The notes beneath the pieces are model-generated. The model was given only the letters and a program-made list of their open reading frames with translations. It ran no database searches and was not told where the DNA came from. A stretch of DNA of 64,000 nt from Planctomycetota bacterium (GTDB lineage: Bacteria; Planctomycetota; UBA11346), in assembly GCA_017302815.1 (NCBI GenBank), contig JAFLCQ010000004.1, positions 492 through 64,491 on the forward strand, in the 5' to 3' direction. This document shows positions 26,275 to 36,210 of the stretch, in pieces. Positions within the stretch are counted from its first letter, which is position 1; each line of letters begins with the position of its first letter. The position numbers and the translations under genes are program-made.

Positions 26275-26940
26275 ATGCTGCTGGAGGCCGTCGACATCGA
26301 GTCCCTGCGAGCGCGGTGGCGGCGGATCTGCAACGCCTTCATCGCCACGGCCTACCTCAATGGCATCGACGCCGGTTCCATCCGCGTCTCCGGCACTCCC
26401 GAGCGGTTGGACATCGAGACGTGGTGCTCGGTGCACCTGATTGAGGGGCCGCGGATGCCCGTCATCCTGATACGGTCCCAGGCCCATGGAGCGGGAACGC
26501 TCACAGCCGCGCTCGATGGCGATGATACCGCCGTTGCTGCTGACATCGCGGATGCCGTTGATGCCCTGCGCCGCCGTCGTGCCCGCGCCATCGACCACGA
26601 CCGCATCGTCGCTGAACAGGAACTTGTCGAGATGGCAACGTCGACGGGCTGGCATTGCGATGGCGTCGGTGGTCGCATGCCGATGACGGCGGCCTTCCGC
26701 GATGCACTCGACCGCATCCGTGGCAGGCTGGTACGCACCGACCGTGCTGATGGAGATCCCTCAGCGGCGCGCTTCGCCATCGCCATCGAGGTCGGCGGGC
26801 TGACCTACGCCCAGGCGCTCGGTGCCCTGGTGGCACTGCGATGTATGCAAGTACACGGTGTGTCTACCGGCTACGGTCACATCGTATCGGTCGAGGCGCC
26901 GATTCGACGGTCTATTGCATCGGGCGAAAAGATGGTATAA
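26275..26940 (+). CDS. Hypothetical protein (221 aa)
   Basis: Internal ATG at 26275 gives MLLEAVDIESLRARWRRICNAF... Divergent from 25471..26181. Confidence 0.35.
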   Translation: MLLEAVDIESLRARWRRICNAFIATAYLNGIDAGSIRVSGTPERLDIETWCSVHLIEGPRMPVILIRSQAHGAGTLTAALDGDDTAVAADIADAVDALRRRRARAIDHDRIVAEQELVEMATSTGWHCDGVGGRMPMTAAFRDALDRIRGRLVRTDRADGDPSAARFAIAIEVGGLTYAQALGALVALRCMQVHGVSTGYGHIVSVEAPIRRSIASGEKMV

Positions 26941-27345
26941 GCGCGCTCACGGCCAATGTTGGTCGATGAATGGCGCAATGCTCGGCGCGTGGCGGGCATG
27001 TGGTGCGGACCACACAACGAAGTTGAGGCCTCGGTCATCCTGCAAGACCTTGGCCGCTGATCCACTGTGAGTCCGCCTACAGCGGCGGCAGTTCCCGTAG
27101 TGCTTATCTACTCGCTCTGCTACGGAGCTGAGCGCGCCCAGTCTCCATCACGTCATCGACGTGATGGCCGAGGGTCGCATTCGGTTCATGCGTGGGGCGT
27201 GATGTTCGCGCGGTGGACGAAGATCGCCGCGGAGTGAGTTCGTTGTCGTGCGACTGCGTGGGCATCTGCACGTGCGGATGCCGAGATGGAAGCGTCGTCG
27301 TTGAACCGTGGAACATCACTGCCGGATCAGAACCAGGAGATCAAC

Positions 27346-29235
27346 ATGCATATCGAAACCAACAGGACCTCGAAGTCATCGCCTCATTCTTCGGATCGCC
27401 TGTGCCAGGTGTTGCTGGCACTCAGCTTGCTGGCTGCCGACCAGCTCGCCAAGGCTGAGCAGGCCAAGCTCGATAAGGCTGAATCGGAGCACATCCTTGC
27501 CCAGTTCGACCGCCTCAAGGCAATCATCCGCCAACTGTTATTCGACTGGGACATCGCCAAAGCGGTGACCGTCGAGGAGTTTCGTTCGCCCAGCCTCGAA
27601 AACGTTGTGGTTCGCATCCGCTGTCAGATCACGGCCATGGATCCGCCGGTCCTCGTCGATGGTGCCCAGGAATCCACCTGTGACATCATCGCGATGCTCG
27701 GCAACCAGCCGCGGGAGACTGCTGCGAGCACGACCCGTGCCTTGCGTACCTCCTTCCGTATCATGGGCGAGTCGGGGGTGATCGAGGACGTTCTTCCCAT
27801 CACCGACCGTCAGCTCATCGAGATGGTGGCTGCCAAGCGGCTCACCTGCCCGCGCTTCGAGGTGATGGCCGTGGTCGTCACGGTGAGCGAGGTGGTCGTG
27901 CAGCATCACCGCAGCGAGGTGGTCAGTCATTTCCGCCTCCTGCCGATCGATGTACGACCCCTGACGAAGGCCATCCAGCTCGTCGGCCCGTCGCCGGGTG
28001 AACTGCAGATGGTCACTGAACTGATGACCTCCTGTCCGGCGCCGCTGGCCTACATCATGCGCTTCCTCGTGGGGTTCCTGCGCATCCAGAATCTCGATGC
28101 ACTCCCGATCCTGCGCGAGGCTCTGGAAATGCAGATCCTGAGCGCGGTCAGCGAGGTGCGCCGGCTGCATATGGCCTTGATCGGCCCTCCTGGGGTGGGC
28201 AAGAGCCTTGTCACCAAGGCCGCCAAGCTGGTGCAGCCCGTTGCCTACGAGGCGTTGCCTACGAGGGTTACCGAAGCCGGGCTCATCGGGATCGGCAGTG
28301 GCAGCACGCGCAAGGATGCTCGCCGTGCTGGCTTGATCCCCATGGCCGACCAGGGCGTTTTCATCGTGCAGGACTGGCACCAGGCCAATGGGGTCAAGAA
28401 CCAGCGCCTCTGCGCCGTTCTCGCGACGACGATGCAGGACGGCATGGTTCATGACTCGTCCGCGTCCCGCTGCTCGTACCAGGCCGAGACCGCGATTCTC
28501 ATCGACGCCAACCGCAAGAGTGATGTCGAACGTACCGCGCGGCGCGGTGACCAGAGCGGCATCGACCAGCTCATTCGCGATGTTAAGGTTCCGCTTAACC
28601 TGCTCACCCGTTTCGCCTTCATCGCTGAGATTCCCAGGGACATCGAGGCCCAGATTCGTACCTTCGGCGACATCCTCGACAGTGCCGGCGAGCAGTATAC
28701 CGAGCCCAGCCATGACCTGCTCGTCCAGGCCCGCATTATCAAGGTCTGGCTGGCCAGGCTGCGCGATCTCCATCCGACGGTCCGCATTCCTAAGGATGTC
28801 GCCGAACATCTGCGCGCCGCTACGGAGAAGGCCATCAACATCACTCATCGTCGGCTCCAGGAGAACGCCGACTACGGCGATTTCATGGTTCGTCTCAGCG
28901 AGCAGGCCGTGTCGCTGGTCCAGGCCCATGCCCGTCTGCATCATCGTGACGAAGCCGTTTTGGCGGACGTCGACGGCATCTACCCCTACATCCATCGTAA
29001 GATGATGTTTCTGAAAGGGGTGCTCTTCGGGGCAGATACGGCTGCCGCGGACGTCGATGCTGGGTCGCCGGGCCGCCGGCTGCTCATGCGGCTGCGGCTC
29101 AAGCCGGGCTTCCACACCGCCGCATCCGTCCGGCGCTTGCTGTGCCTGACGTCGTGCAGCGAGGAGACCATCGCGGCGGATCTCGCCGCGATGTATGGAG
29201 CCGCCAACGATGCCGGTGCCTTCACCGTCGGCTGA
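27346..29235 (+). CDS. MCM-like AAA+ ATPase
   Basis: ATG at 27346 preceded by AGGAG. Walker A LIGPPGVGKS; Walker B-like GVFIVQDWHQ; MQDGMVHDSSASRCSYQAETAILIDANRK and LNLLTRFAFIAEI parallel the MCM sensor-1 and Arg-finger SRFDL region. Confidence 0.6.
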   Translation: MHIETNRTSKSSPHSSDRLCQVLLALSLLAADQLAKAEQAKLDKAESEHILAQFDRLKAIIRQLLFDWDIAKAVTVEEFRSPSLENVVVRIRCQITAMDPPVLVDGAQESTCDIIAMLGNQPRETAASTTRALRTSFRIMGESGVIEDVLPITDRQLIEMVAAKRLTCPRFEVMAVVVTVSEVVVQHHRSEVVSHFRLLPIDVRPLTKAIQLVGPSPGELQMVTELMTSCPAPLAYIMRFLVGFLRIQNLDALPILREALEMQILSAVSEVRRLHMALIGPPGVGKSLVTKAAKLVQPVAYEALPTRVTEAGLIGIGSGSTRKDARRAGLIPMADQGVFIVQDWHQANGVKNQRLCAVLATTMQDGMVHDSSASRCSYQAETAILIDANRKSDVERTARRGDQSGIDQLIRDVKVPLNLLTRFAFIAEIPRDIEAQIRTFGDILDSAGEQYTEPSHDLLVQARIIKVWLARLRDLHPTVRIPKDVAEHLRAATEKAINITHRRLQENADYGDFMVRLSEQAVSLVQAHARLHHRDEAVLADVDGIYPYIHRKMMFLKGVLFGADTAAADVDAGSPGRRLLMRLRLKPGFHTAASVRRLLCLTSCSEETIAADLAAMYGAANDAGAFTVG

Positions 29236-30016
29236 GGCTTGGCGGTCGTGGTCCTGGGCCATCCTCCCCGGCTTTCCCAAGCCGGTGGATGGCCCAGCCG
29301 TCGACGCCTTGCGGCACAGCATTCATCGTGACGGCGTCCTCGTCCCCATCCTCATCGATGCTGATGGTATTGTGTGGGATGGGCGCCGCAGGCACCTCGT
29401 CTGCCTGGAGTTCGGCATTGAACCGCCCAGCCGTATAATCGGCGACGGGCCGGTAGCAGCCTGGGCATCTCTTGTTCGACGTGAAATGTCAGTTCTGGAG
29501 AGGGCCGACCTCCTCGAATCGCTGCGCCGTGAGAACCGGGAAAACTTTTCCCGGTTCTCAGGTGAGCGTGAGTCCGAACGCTTTGCGGCGTGGCTGCAGG
29601 CCAGCTTCGGATGGACCTCGGGTTTCAGTTGGAAGTACCTCGATGGTTACCGGCGCATCGCCACGGCTCCTTCCCAGATCAGGGAGAGGATTGCCATGCT
29701 CAACCCCGATAACCTGCATCAGGCCTTGTGCCTCCTCCATGGCCACCGCCATGGAGGAGGTGGTGTTGAAGTCGTGGATGTCGATCGAGCAGAGCACCTG
29801 CACCTGATCGACCTGGGCAGTCAGTTTCTCGATGCCGTGCATGCCTGCCCTGATCTGACCCAGGCCAGTGCCAGCATGCTGCGCCTCGTCGGGCGCGCCG
29901 TGAAGAAGGTCTTGCTTCGCCATGGCGATCCTCGCTACGGCGTGTGTACCCAGTCGCCAGCTGTCTCATCGTTATCCAACAATCCTTCACCTCCAACTCC
30001 CACGGTCATCCCATGA
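29195..30016 (+). CDS. ParB/Sulfiredoxin-like domain protein
   Basis: LRHSIHRDGVLVPILIDADGIVWDGRRRHLVCLEFG is the ParB N-terminal (GxRR box) pattern. The start overlaps the MCM-like gene end; an alternative ATG is at 29210. Confidence 0.6.
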   Translation: MEPPTMPVPSPSAEAWRSWSWAILPGFPKPVDGPAVDALRHSIHRDGVLVPILIDADGIVWDGRRRHLVCLEFGIEPPSRIIGDGPVAAWASLVRREMSVLERADLLESLRRENRENFSRFSGERESERFAAWLQASFGWTSGFSWKYLDGYRRIATAPSQIRERIAMLNPDNLHQALCLLHGHRHGGGGVEVVDVDRAEHLHLIDLGSQFLDAVHACPDLTQASASMLRLVGRAVKKVLLRHGDPRYGVCTQSPAVSSLSNNPSPPTPTVIP

Positions 30017-30453
30017 ACTCCAAGACCCAGCATCCCAAACTTATCCGGACCCCGCGTCCTTTCGTCCATCCCATCCCCAACTGCTTGGTCCTGCGGGACT
30101 ATTGCAGTGAGCATCTCGATGAGCGCATCCAGGTGGAGGCCACCGTCGGCGAGCGGAGGATCTACACGGCGTGCCAACGCCACACCAGGGAGGCCATCGA
30201 GGTCGACGTCACGACCATACGCATGGTGGATGTCGTCCTGATCACCGGAATCCCCATCGCCAAGTTCCTGTTCGTCAATCAGGGCATGAGGACGGCGCAT
30301 CTCACAGAAGGTCAGAGGGTTCGATTCTGCGCAACCTGCGGCGAGTATAGGTGCGGCTACGAACCGGATGAGACCTGTAGCGGACTGGGCTATATCGGCC
30401 CGGTCGTCATCCTCGATGCCGCGCCAGAAGGGGGCGTGCCGTCTACGCGATGA
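30013..30453 (+). CDS. Hypothetical Cys-containing protein (146 aa)
   Basis: ATGA overlap with the ParB-like stop. Contains CATCGEYRCGYEPDETC. Confidence 0.4.
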   Translation: MNSKTQHPKLIRTPRPFVHPIPNCLVLRDYCSEHLDERIQVEATVGERRIYTACQRHTREAIEVDVTTIRMVDVVLITGIPIAKFLFVNQGMRTAHLTEGQRVRFCATCGEYRCGYEPDETCSGLGYIGPVVILDAAPEGGVPSTR

Positions 30454-30477
30454 CGTCCAGATAAGCATCAACCGGTT

Positions 30478-31035
30478 TCACGTGGGCTGGTCCTGGGCCG
30501 CATCCAAGCTGAGATCCGTCAGCGCCGCTGTCAACCACGCTGGTAGGACCTGCCTCGGTACCAGCCCACTTGCCTGCCACGCCTTTGCCATGCATCGGCA
30601 TTCGTCTTTTGCACTCAGCAATGCTGCATCGCGCTGCCGTCGCAGCGCCGGACTGCGCGGACGGAAGCCTCGGCACCCGGCCAGGTAGACCTCCTCGGCT
30701 TCGCGCGCGATGGCGACGACGACATCGGCGGTGCGTTCGAGGTCGAGCAGCACCACCGCCGCGAATGTTGACGCTGGATCTGCTGCCCTGTCGGTCTTTC
30801 CACCAGTGCCGGCGACAAGTTGCGCCACTGCAGCGGCATCGGGGGGAGCTACAGCGACGTGCCCGCGCAGGTGGGCGAGATGGAGTCGGCCGTCGTCGTT
30901 CCAGACCTTGGTCACCCGCCACGTCTCGCCGGTCACGACGAGCCGGTAGGTTGTCGCCGTTGCAGGATTGGTGAAGGTGGTCACGGCCGGCGGCATGAGC
31001 ATCACCGGCCTACGCTGGCGAAGTGGGTCCGGCAA
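30478..31035 (-). CDS. Hypothetical protein (185 aa)
   Basis: ORF only. No family recognised. Confidence 0.3.
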   Translation of the reverse strand: MPDPLRQRRPVMLMPPAVTTFTNPATATTYRLVVTGETWRVTKVWNDDGRLHLAHLRGHVAVAPPDAAAVAQLVAGTGGKTDRAADPASTFAAVVLLDLERTADVVVAIAREAEEVYLAGCRGFRPRSPALRRQRDAALLSAKDECRCMAKAWQASGLVPRQVLPAWLTAALTDLSLDAAQDQPT

Positions 31036-31101
31036 GCCCTACGCTGCTGGTCGATGGCAGGCTTGTCCCAATGGGCTAGGTACCACGCTGCGCTGATCCC
31101 C

Positions 31102-31869
31102 ATGTTTGACACGTTCTCCGATCGCCTGCGTCAGATCATCTCCAACGCCAACGATGAGGCCGAGCGCGCCGGCAGCCCCAGCATCGACATCGATCACCTC
31201 GTCGCCGCGCTGTGCGCGTGGAAGGAGAGCGTGGCCTACGAGATGCTGCTGGCGCTGGGCGTGAAGCCGAAAGCGGTGATGAAGGCGGCACGCAGCCGCA
31301 TGTCGTCCGGGCACAATGCACAGCCTCGCACGCCGCTGCCCTTCACTGAAGCCGCCAAGGAAGCCATGCCCGCGGCGGTGGCAGAGGCGCGGGCTCTTCA
31401 GATGAGCTACACTGGCACCGAGCACCTGCTGCTCGCGATCATCACCATGTCTGCGGGCAAGGCCGATGCGCTGCTGCGCGTCGACCATGCTGATGCCGTC
31501 GCTGCGCTCACTGAGATCCTCACAGATATGCCCGTTCCTGCGGCGCCACGGTCTCAGACTGACGGGGCTGCCATCGCTGATCTCCGCCGGCGCCTCTCCA
31601 GCATCGACGTGCTTCTCGCCGCCAGTACATCCCTGGATCGCACCCTCCTTGATCGCGCCTTCGGTGCACTGGCCGGCGTCGACACCGAGGCTCTTCCGGC
31701 GATCCTCCAGCACCGCATCGAGCGCATCCTCCTGGCGATCAACGCCATCGCCGAGGAGTTCCCTGATGCCCGCGATCCCGCGAAACAGCTACCGGCGACG
31801 GCCCTGGTCGCCTACGCCTACCGACTCCAGCAACTCCGGCGCTTGGTCACCGAACTCGACGTGCAGTAG
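31102..31869 (+). CDS. Clp N-terminal repeat (Clp_N) domain protein without ATPase module
   Basis: MFDTFSDRLRQIISNANDEAERAGSPSIDIDHLVAAL and a second repeat FTEAAKEAMPAAVAEARALQMSYTGTEHLLLAII match the double Clp_N repeat of ClpA/B/C. No P-loop follows. Confidence 0.6.
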   Translation: MFDTFSDRLRQIISNANDEAERAGSPSIDIDHLVAALCAWKESVAYEMLLALGVKPKAVMKAARSRMSSGHNAQPRTPLPFTEAAKEAMPAAVAEARALQMSYTGTEHLLLAIITMSAGKADALLRVDHADAVAALTEILTDMPVPAAPRSQTDGAAIADLRRRLSSIDVLLAASTSLDRTLLDRAFGALAGVDTEALPAILQHRIERILLAINAIAEEFPDARDPAKQLPATALVAYAYRLQQLRRLVTELDVQ

Positions 31870-32007
31870 CTGCCAGATCGGACCCGGTCTGCGTGCCACC
31901 TCCGCACTCTCCTCAGCCGCCCCTGTGGCTGTCCTGGCCTCGAAGTGACAGCGTGAAGGACGACGGGGCAACGGGCCAACGGGACTTTCCTGTCCAGGTC
32001 GCACACC

Positions 32008-33093
32008 ATGATGCCGGACATGGCTGAGATTCCGCTAGTCGCGCACATCAACGAACTCATCGCTGAGGGCGTTCGCATCCGACGTGCTGGGATTCCGCGC
32101 GTGAGCCCAGCGCCGACCACGTCATGGGACTATGGCTACGCGGGCGAGCGGGAGCCCGAGCCGCATCGCTACGTCGAGTTCGATGCCGTTGCGTTGAAGC
32201 AATGGAGGAATGACATCAAGATGGTAGCTGCGGCAGCGATGCCTTCAGGCCACCATGTCATCGCCGATGCGCTCAGACTGGATGACCTCTATCACGATGA
32301 ACGTTTATTGGACGACGGAACAGCGCTACTACAGTCCTTGAAGCGCACAATCGAGCGTGGTCTGCTTGCTCCGACGCCGACTTCAGGAAGCGACACGCGA
32401 GCTGGAACCGTCGTGTACGATGACGGACTCCTGCGTCGTGTCCTCGTCGACGTCTATGACCGAGAGGGTGATGCGCCGCTGATGAACTACACCGTCTCGG
32501 GTGTCAACAGGGTCACCCTGATGCGCGCCATCCGCCGGCTGATGGATTTGGGATGGCTCGAAGCGGTGGATTGCAGTACCCGCGGCGGCATGGACTACGC
32601 GCCTCGGCGCGTCACCGCGGCAGGTTTAGATTGGCTCCAGGGGTCGCAGGCTCGGCCGTCAGGTTCCCAGGTGGTCAACCACTACCACGCTCCGGTTGCG
32701 CAGGGACAGCACGCGACCGTCGCCACGGTACACAACTCGCCTGGTGCGACTGTCACCGCCGCCTCCGGGGCTGCGACCGTCGAGCAGCGCATCCGCGTCC
32801 GCATCGAGCAGGTATCACAAGGTGACCGTGTCGTGGCCGCTGCCATCCAGCAAGTGGCTGACGCCATCGCCGCCAGTGCAGCGCTTGCTGATGGCCAGCG
32901 GGCTGAAGCCCAGGAGTTGCTGTTGGCCATTGCTGAGGAGTGCGCGAAGCCGCCTGCCGAACGCCAATCGGCAGCTCGCAGCAAAGGTCTCGCTGCTGGT
33001 ATGCGCGAGGCGCTCGGTCTTACAGCTGATGTTCTCCAGGTTTGGACGACGTGCTGGCCGAGCATTGCGCCAGTGCTTGGGATCATCGGATAG
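32008..33093 (+). CDS. Hypothetical protein (361 aa)
   Basis: ORF with a possible winged-helix segment (VTLMRAIRRLMDLGWLEAV). No family recognised. Confidence 0.4.
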   Translation: MMPDMAEIPLVAHINELIAEGVRIRRAGIPRVSPAPTTSWDYGYAGEREPEPHRYVEFDAVALKQWRNDIKMVAAAAMPSGHHVIADALRLDDLYHDERLLDDGTALLQSLKRTIERGLLAPTPTSGSDTRAGTVVYDDGLLRRVLVDVYDREGDAPLMNYTVSGVNRVTLMRAIRRLMDLGWLEAVDCSTRGGMDYAPRRVTAAGLDWLQGSQARPSGSQVVNHYHAPVAQGQHATVATVHNSPGATVTAASGAATVEQRIRVRIEQVSQGDRVVAAAIQQVADAIAASAALADGQRAEAQELLLAIAEECAKPPAERQSAARSKGLAAGMREALGLTADVLQVWTTCWPSIAPVLGIIG

Positions 33094-33170
33094 CCATCTG
33101 CTGTGGCTCGAACTACGCGCTCTCTTGGTCGATGCGTCGTTGCCCTAACGACCGTGCTGTCGCCGGCACG

Positions 33171-33890
33171 CTAATCCTTGTAGATCGGGGCCAGATCCTG
33201 CGGTAGATCCCGCGACGCGGGCCAGGACCGATCCACCTTCCGGGTCGTGGTCGGCAACTCGACAGGGGTCACGGTCGCTGTGAGCGACAAGGACAAGGAC
33301 GTTTCTCCGCGAGCGGAGATCGTCCCATCGTCCGCGATGGACTTGGGCACCTCGTAGAGCTTCACCGTCACTGCATCACCAGCAGCGAAGGCGGTTGCCT
33401 GCACAGTGACCGGGATCGTGATGCTCTCTCCCGGCGCGAGCGGTTGCTCCTTGGGGACGCTCGGTTGCACCGTGGCGGTGATCTCCGGCCGAGAGGCGGC
33501 TGCCCGCACGACGATCCCACCGAGCGGGAATGCGCGCGAGGATGTGTTCGTCACCACGATTGGGCACACCAGCGCCTCGACCGGGGTGAGCGTCGTGGCG
33601 TAGGTGACGAGGAAACTACCCTGCTTGGTTCGACCATCGCCGGATGTCAGGAGTCCGAGCTTGCTGGCCGGTCCAGCTCGTACCGCTTTCGTTGATACGA
33701 CATCCTCAGTTGTCGCGCCCGGCGACGTCACCGACACGATGCCCGGAACCGTTGGCTCTGCCGGCGCCGCTACCGTAGCTGCATAGGAGCGCTTGTCCGC
33801 CTGCTGGGCAGGCGGGTCGACGGGGGCTTGCCGATCCATGTCGCAGCCGGCGAGGCAGAGGATGACAATGGTCGCGGTAGCGATGCGCAC
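33171..33890 (-). CDS. Lipoprotein, beta-sandwich-like
   Basis: GTG at 33890 gives (M)RIATATIVILCLAGCD with lipobox LAGC. Thr/Val-rich strands follow. Confidence 0.5.
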   Translation of the reverse strand: MRIATATIVILCLAGCDMDRQAPVDPPAQQADKRSYAATVAAPAEPTVPGIVSVTSPGATTEDVVSTKAVRAGPASKLGLLTSGDGRTKQGSFLVTYATTLTPVEALVCPIVVTNTSSRAFPLGGIVVRAAASRPEITATVQPSVPKEQPLAPGESITIPVTVQATAFAAGDAVTVKLYEVPKSIADDGTISARGETSLSLSLTATVTPVELPTTTRKVDRSWPASRDLPQDLAPIYKD

Positions 33891-33984
33891 GGGTCGGATC
33901 TCCAAGAGCGCTGTAGCCTCGGTGGAGTCGCGGTCGAGGTCAACCGTCGAGTGGTGGCTGTGATGGGCGGGGCGCCAACCCCGA

Positions 33985-34332
33985 TCACCGCCGGCGTCGA
34001 CCGGGTGCAACGGGGCGCAGGCTGTCGAAGTCCAGGCCCGATACTATGGTATACGGCACCGTGCAGGACTGATGCTGCGGCCACTGCGCCGCGATGAACG
34101 CCTCCGCTGCCAGCCACTGCTGCGCGCGGAACGCTCGGTTCAGGCTGGCCCGCCGTCCAGTCCGCATCCGCATCTCGTCGCGTACGAGGTCCATGTCGAT
34201 GAAGTCGCGGTTACCCGACGGCATCGATACAGGGGTGGAGATGCTGCTGTAGGGCGTGAGATCGTCCCCGGTTCTCGCGATGTGGTCGCGGAGGACCTGC
34301 TCGGCAACTTCCAAGGACACCCGTCGCTGCAT
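33985..34332 (-). CDS. Hypothetical protein
   Basis: Internal ATG at 34332 (MQRRVSLEVAEQVLRDHIAR...). Weak. Confidence 0.3.
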   Translation of the reverse strand: MQRRVSLEVAEQVLRDHIARTGDDLTPYSSISTPVSMPSGNRDFIDMDLVRDEMRMRTGRRASLNRAFRAQQWLAAEAFIAAQWPQHQSCTVPYTIVSGLDFDSLRPVAPGRRRR

Positions 34333-34446
34333 GGAGCGGCAGCATCGAAGCGATGACGGGCTCGGCAAGGCGATGCCGAATGCTGGATCGCGATCCGGCA
34401 CCGGCACCGACCGGGTTGATCCAACAACCTGCCGTATGGGTGATCT

Positions 34447-36108
34447 ATGGCGTCCCCGACGGTGGACGTAGTGTTGATCACCATGGATCCGGCGGCACTG
34501 ATCGAGAAGAATACCCGGCGCAACCGCGTTCGTCGTGGGCGTCGTGGAGACGGCATCCTGGTCGGTATCGGGGATGCAGACCCGAACATCGATTATGCCT
34601 GTCCGGTGTGCGGCGACGCGCTACGCCAGAAACGGAGCTGTCTCGACAAGCCGTTCTTCGCGCACATCGGCGGCGATGGAACCTGCGCCGACGATGCCGT
34701 GCGCCATGCGGCAGCGGTGCGGGTGCTCGGGGATCTGGTTCACCATGCCGTGGCCGGCCGCCTGACGCTGCGGTTCGCGGGGCGGTGCATGGCCGGCCGA
34801 CATGGGGTCGACCAATGCCTCGACGTCCGCTCCGGCGACGTCATCCGCCGCGATGAGCACGGTCTGGCCATCTACCGCGATGGGGCGGCCATGGCCGTCC
34901 TGGTTGTCCATCAGGCGCATGAGCAGGCGGTCCATGCCGATGCGTTAGCGCGCTACGCCGTCGACGCGGATGAGGTCTTGGGGTGGGATGCCGATGCGGC
35001 CCTGGAAGCCTGTGGAAACGGTGGGAATGCGACGCTGGTCCTGGTCGCGACGTTGATGAGCGGCGGGGTGTCGTGCCCGACGTGCGCCAGGGAACGTGAG
35101 GCCGAGCAGCGGAAGGCCGACAAGGCCGCCGCCACCGAGGCCAGGGAACGGACGGAGCGGTGCCAAGCGTTCGCTGATGCCCTGATGCGCAGCGGGGGAC
35201 TGTTCGAGACAGGTTTCTGCGCCGCGCATCCGGATGTCCGCCGGACGATCGACATCAGCGGGCGCTACGATGGCATGGAGGTCGACGCCGTGCTCGATGG
35301 CGAGCGCTGGGACGTTGCCCTGACCCGAAAGAGACGGCTGGCGCTGGGGATTCTCCTGGTGCGGCCAGACGGCATGACCAATCCGGGCGACCTGGGCCAC
35401 CGGTGCCGCGATCCTGGGAACGCGCATTTCGTCGCCGTTCCGGAGGATGCCGAGGTCCAACCGGCGACCGGCGCATGGCCCACGAACACCTGGCACTTAC
35501 GGTCGGAGGGACGATGCCCACGCTGCGACGACCTGCCGCGGCTGGTTAAGCAGATCGACGCCGAGGAGGCCGCGTTCGCCACCCGCTTCGAGGTCGGCAA
35601 GCGCGAGATCCGGCCAGCCGACATCCGGACCGGGTTCAGGGCCGTGGTCGACGAGCGGCTACCCTGGTATCCGGCGGTGATCGAGACCGATGTGGACGCG
35701 GCCACGGCGGCGGCTGTAGAGCGGTTGCTGGCCGCGGCGGCCCGGGTGTGGCCGCCGTCGACGGCGGAGGCCAGACGTGCCTTGGAAACCAAGGCCCTGA
35801 CAGGCGATGTGAATCGGATGTGCGCCGGCTATGCCCGGAAGCATCTGGTGGTCGGCATGCCACCGAAGTCCGCGGCCGAGATTCACAGGGCGATCCACTA
35901 TCTTCTGGATCGTGGTGATGGCATGTCTCGGGCGGATCAGGCTGCCATCGAAGTCCATATCGCCAGCAGTATCGAGAGACTGGTCAAGATGGCGTGGGCG
36001 CTCTGGTCTGGTCATGAGAACCGAGCCAAGGCAGGACGCCAGATGCGGCAGGACGAGCAGGACATGGGACTGCGGCGCCGGTGGGGGCGGAGGAGGTCCG
36101 GCTGGTAA
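34447..36108 (+). CDS. CoiA-like zinc-ribbon/nuclease-like protein (553 aa)
   Basis: YACPVCGDALRQKRSCLDKPFFAHIGGDGTC resembles the CoiA N-terminal CxxC...FAH...C signature. Further CxxC pairs: CPTCARE and CPRCDD. Confidence 0.45.
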   Translation: MASPTVDVVLITMDPAALIEKNTRRNRVRRGRRGDGILVGIGDADPNIDYACPVCGDALRQKRSCLDKPFFAHIGGDGTCADDAVRHAAAVRVLGDLVHHAVAGRLTLRFAGRCMAGRHGVDQCLDVRSGDVIRRDEHGLAIYRDGAAMAVLVVHQAHEQAVHADALARYAVDADEVLGWDADAALEACGNGGNATLVLVATLMSGGVSCPTCAREREAEQRKADKAAATEARERTERCQAFADALMRSGGLFETGFCAAHPDVRRTIDISGRYDGMEVDAVLDGERWDVALTRKRRLALGILLVRPDGMTNPGDLGHRCRDPGNAHFVAVPEDAEVQPATGAWPTNTWHLRSEGRCPRCDDLPRLVKQIDAEEAAFATRFEVGKREIRPADIRTGFRAVVDERLPWYPAVIETDVDAATAAAVERLLAAAARVWPPSTAEARRALETKALTGDVNRMCAGYARKHLVVGMPPKSAAEIHRAIHYLLDRGDGMSRADQAAIEVHIASSIERLVKMAWALWSGHENRAKAGRQMRQDEQDMGLRRRWGRRRSGW

Positions 36109-36210
36109 CCGCTGCCCTTGGCCTATCGCAGGACGGGGCCGCCGCTGGATGCAGCGCCGGGTGCGCGTAGGACTGCCTCCGGCCGGCAGGATGCCGCCAC
36201 GAGGACCGCC

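Noticed and set aside
27415-27430. Exact sigma-54 promoter consensus TGGCAC-N5-TTGCT
   Set aside because: It lies inside the MCM-like coding sequence (encoding LLALSLLA) with no gene start downstream, and is far from the NorR-like activator. Most likely chance.
27538-29322. 594-aa minus-strand ORF
   Set aside because: Antisense to the MCM-like gene, which has Walker motifs and an RBS. Composition is typical of a GC-rich shadow frame.
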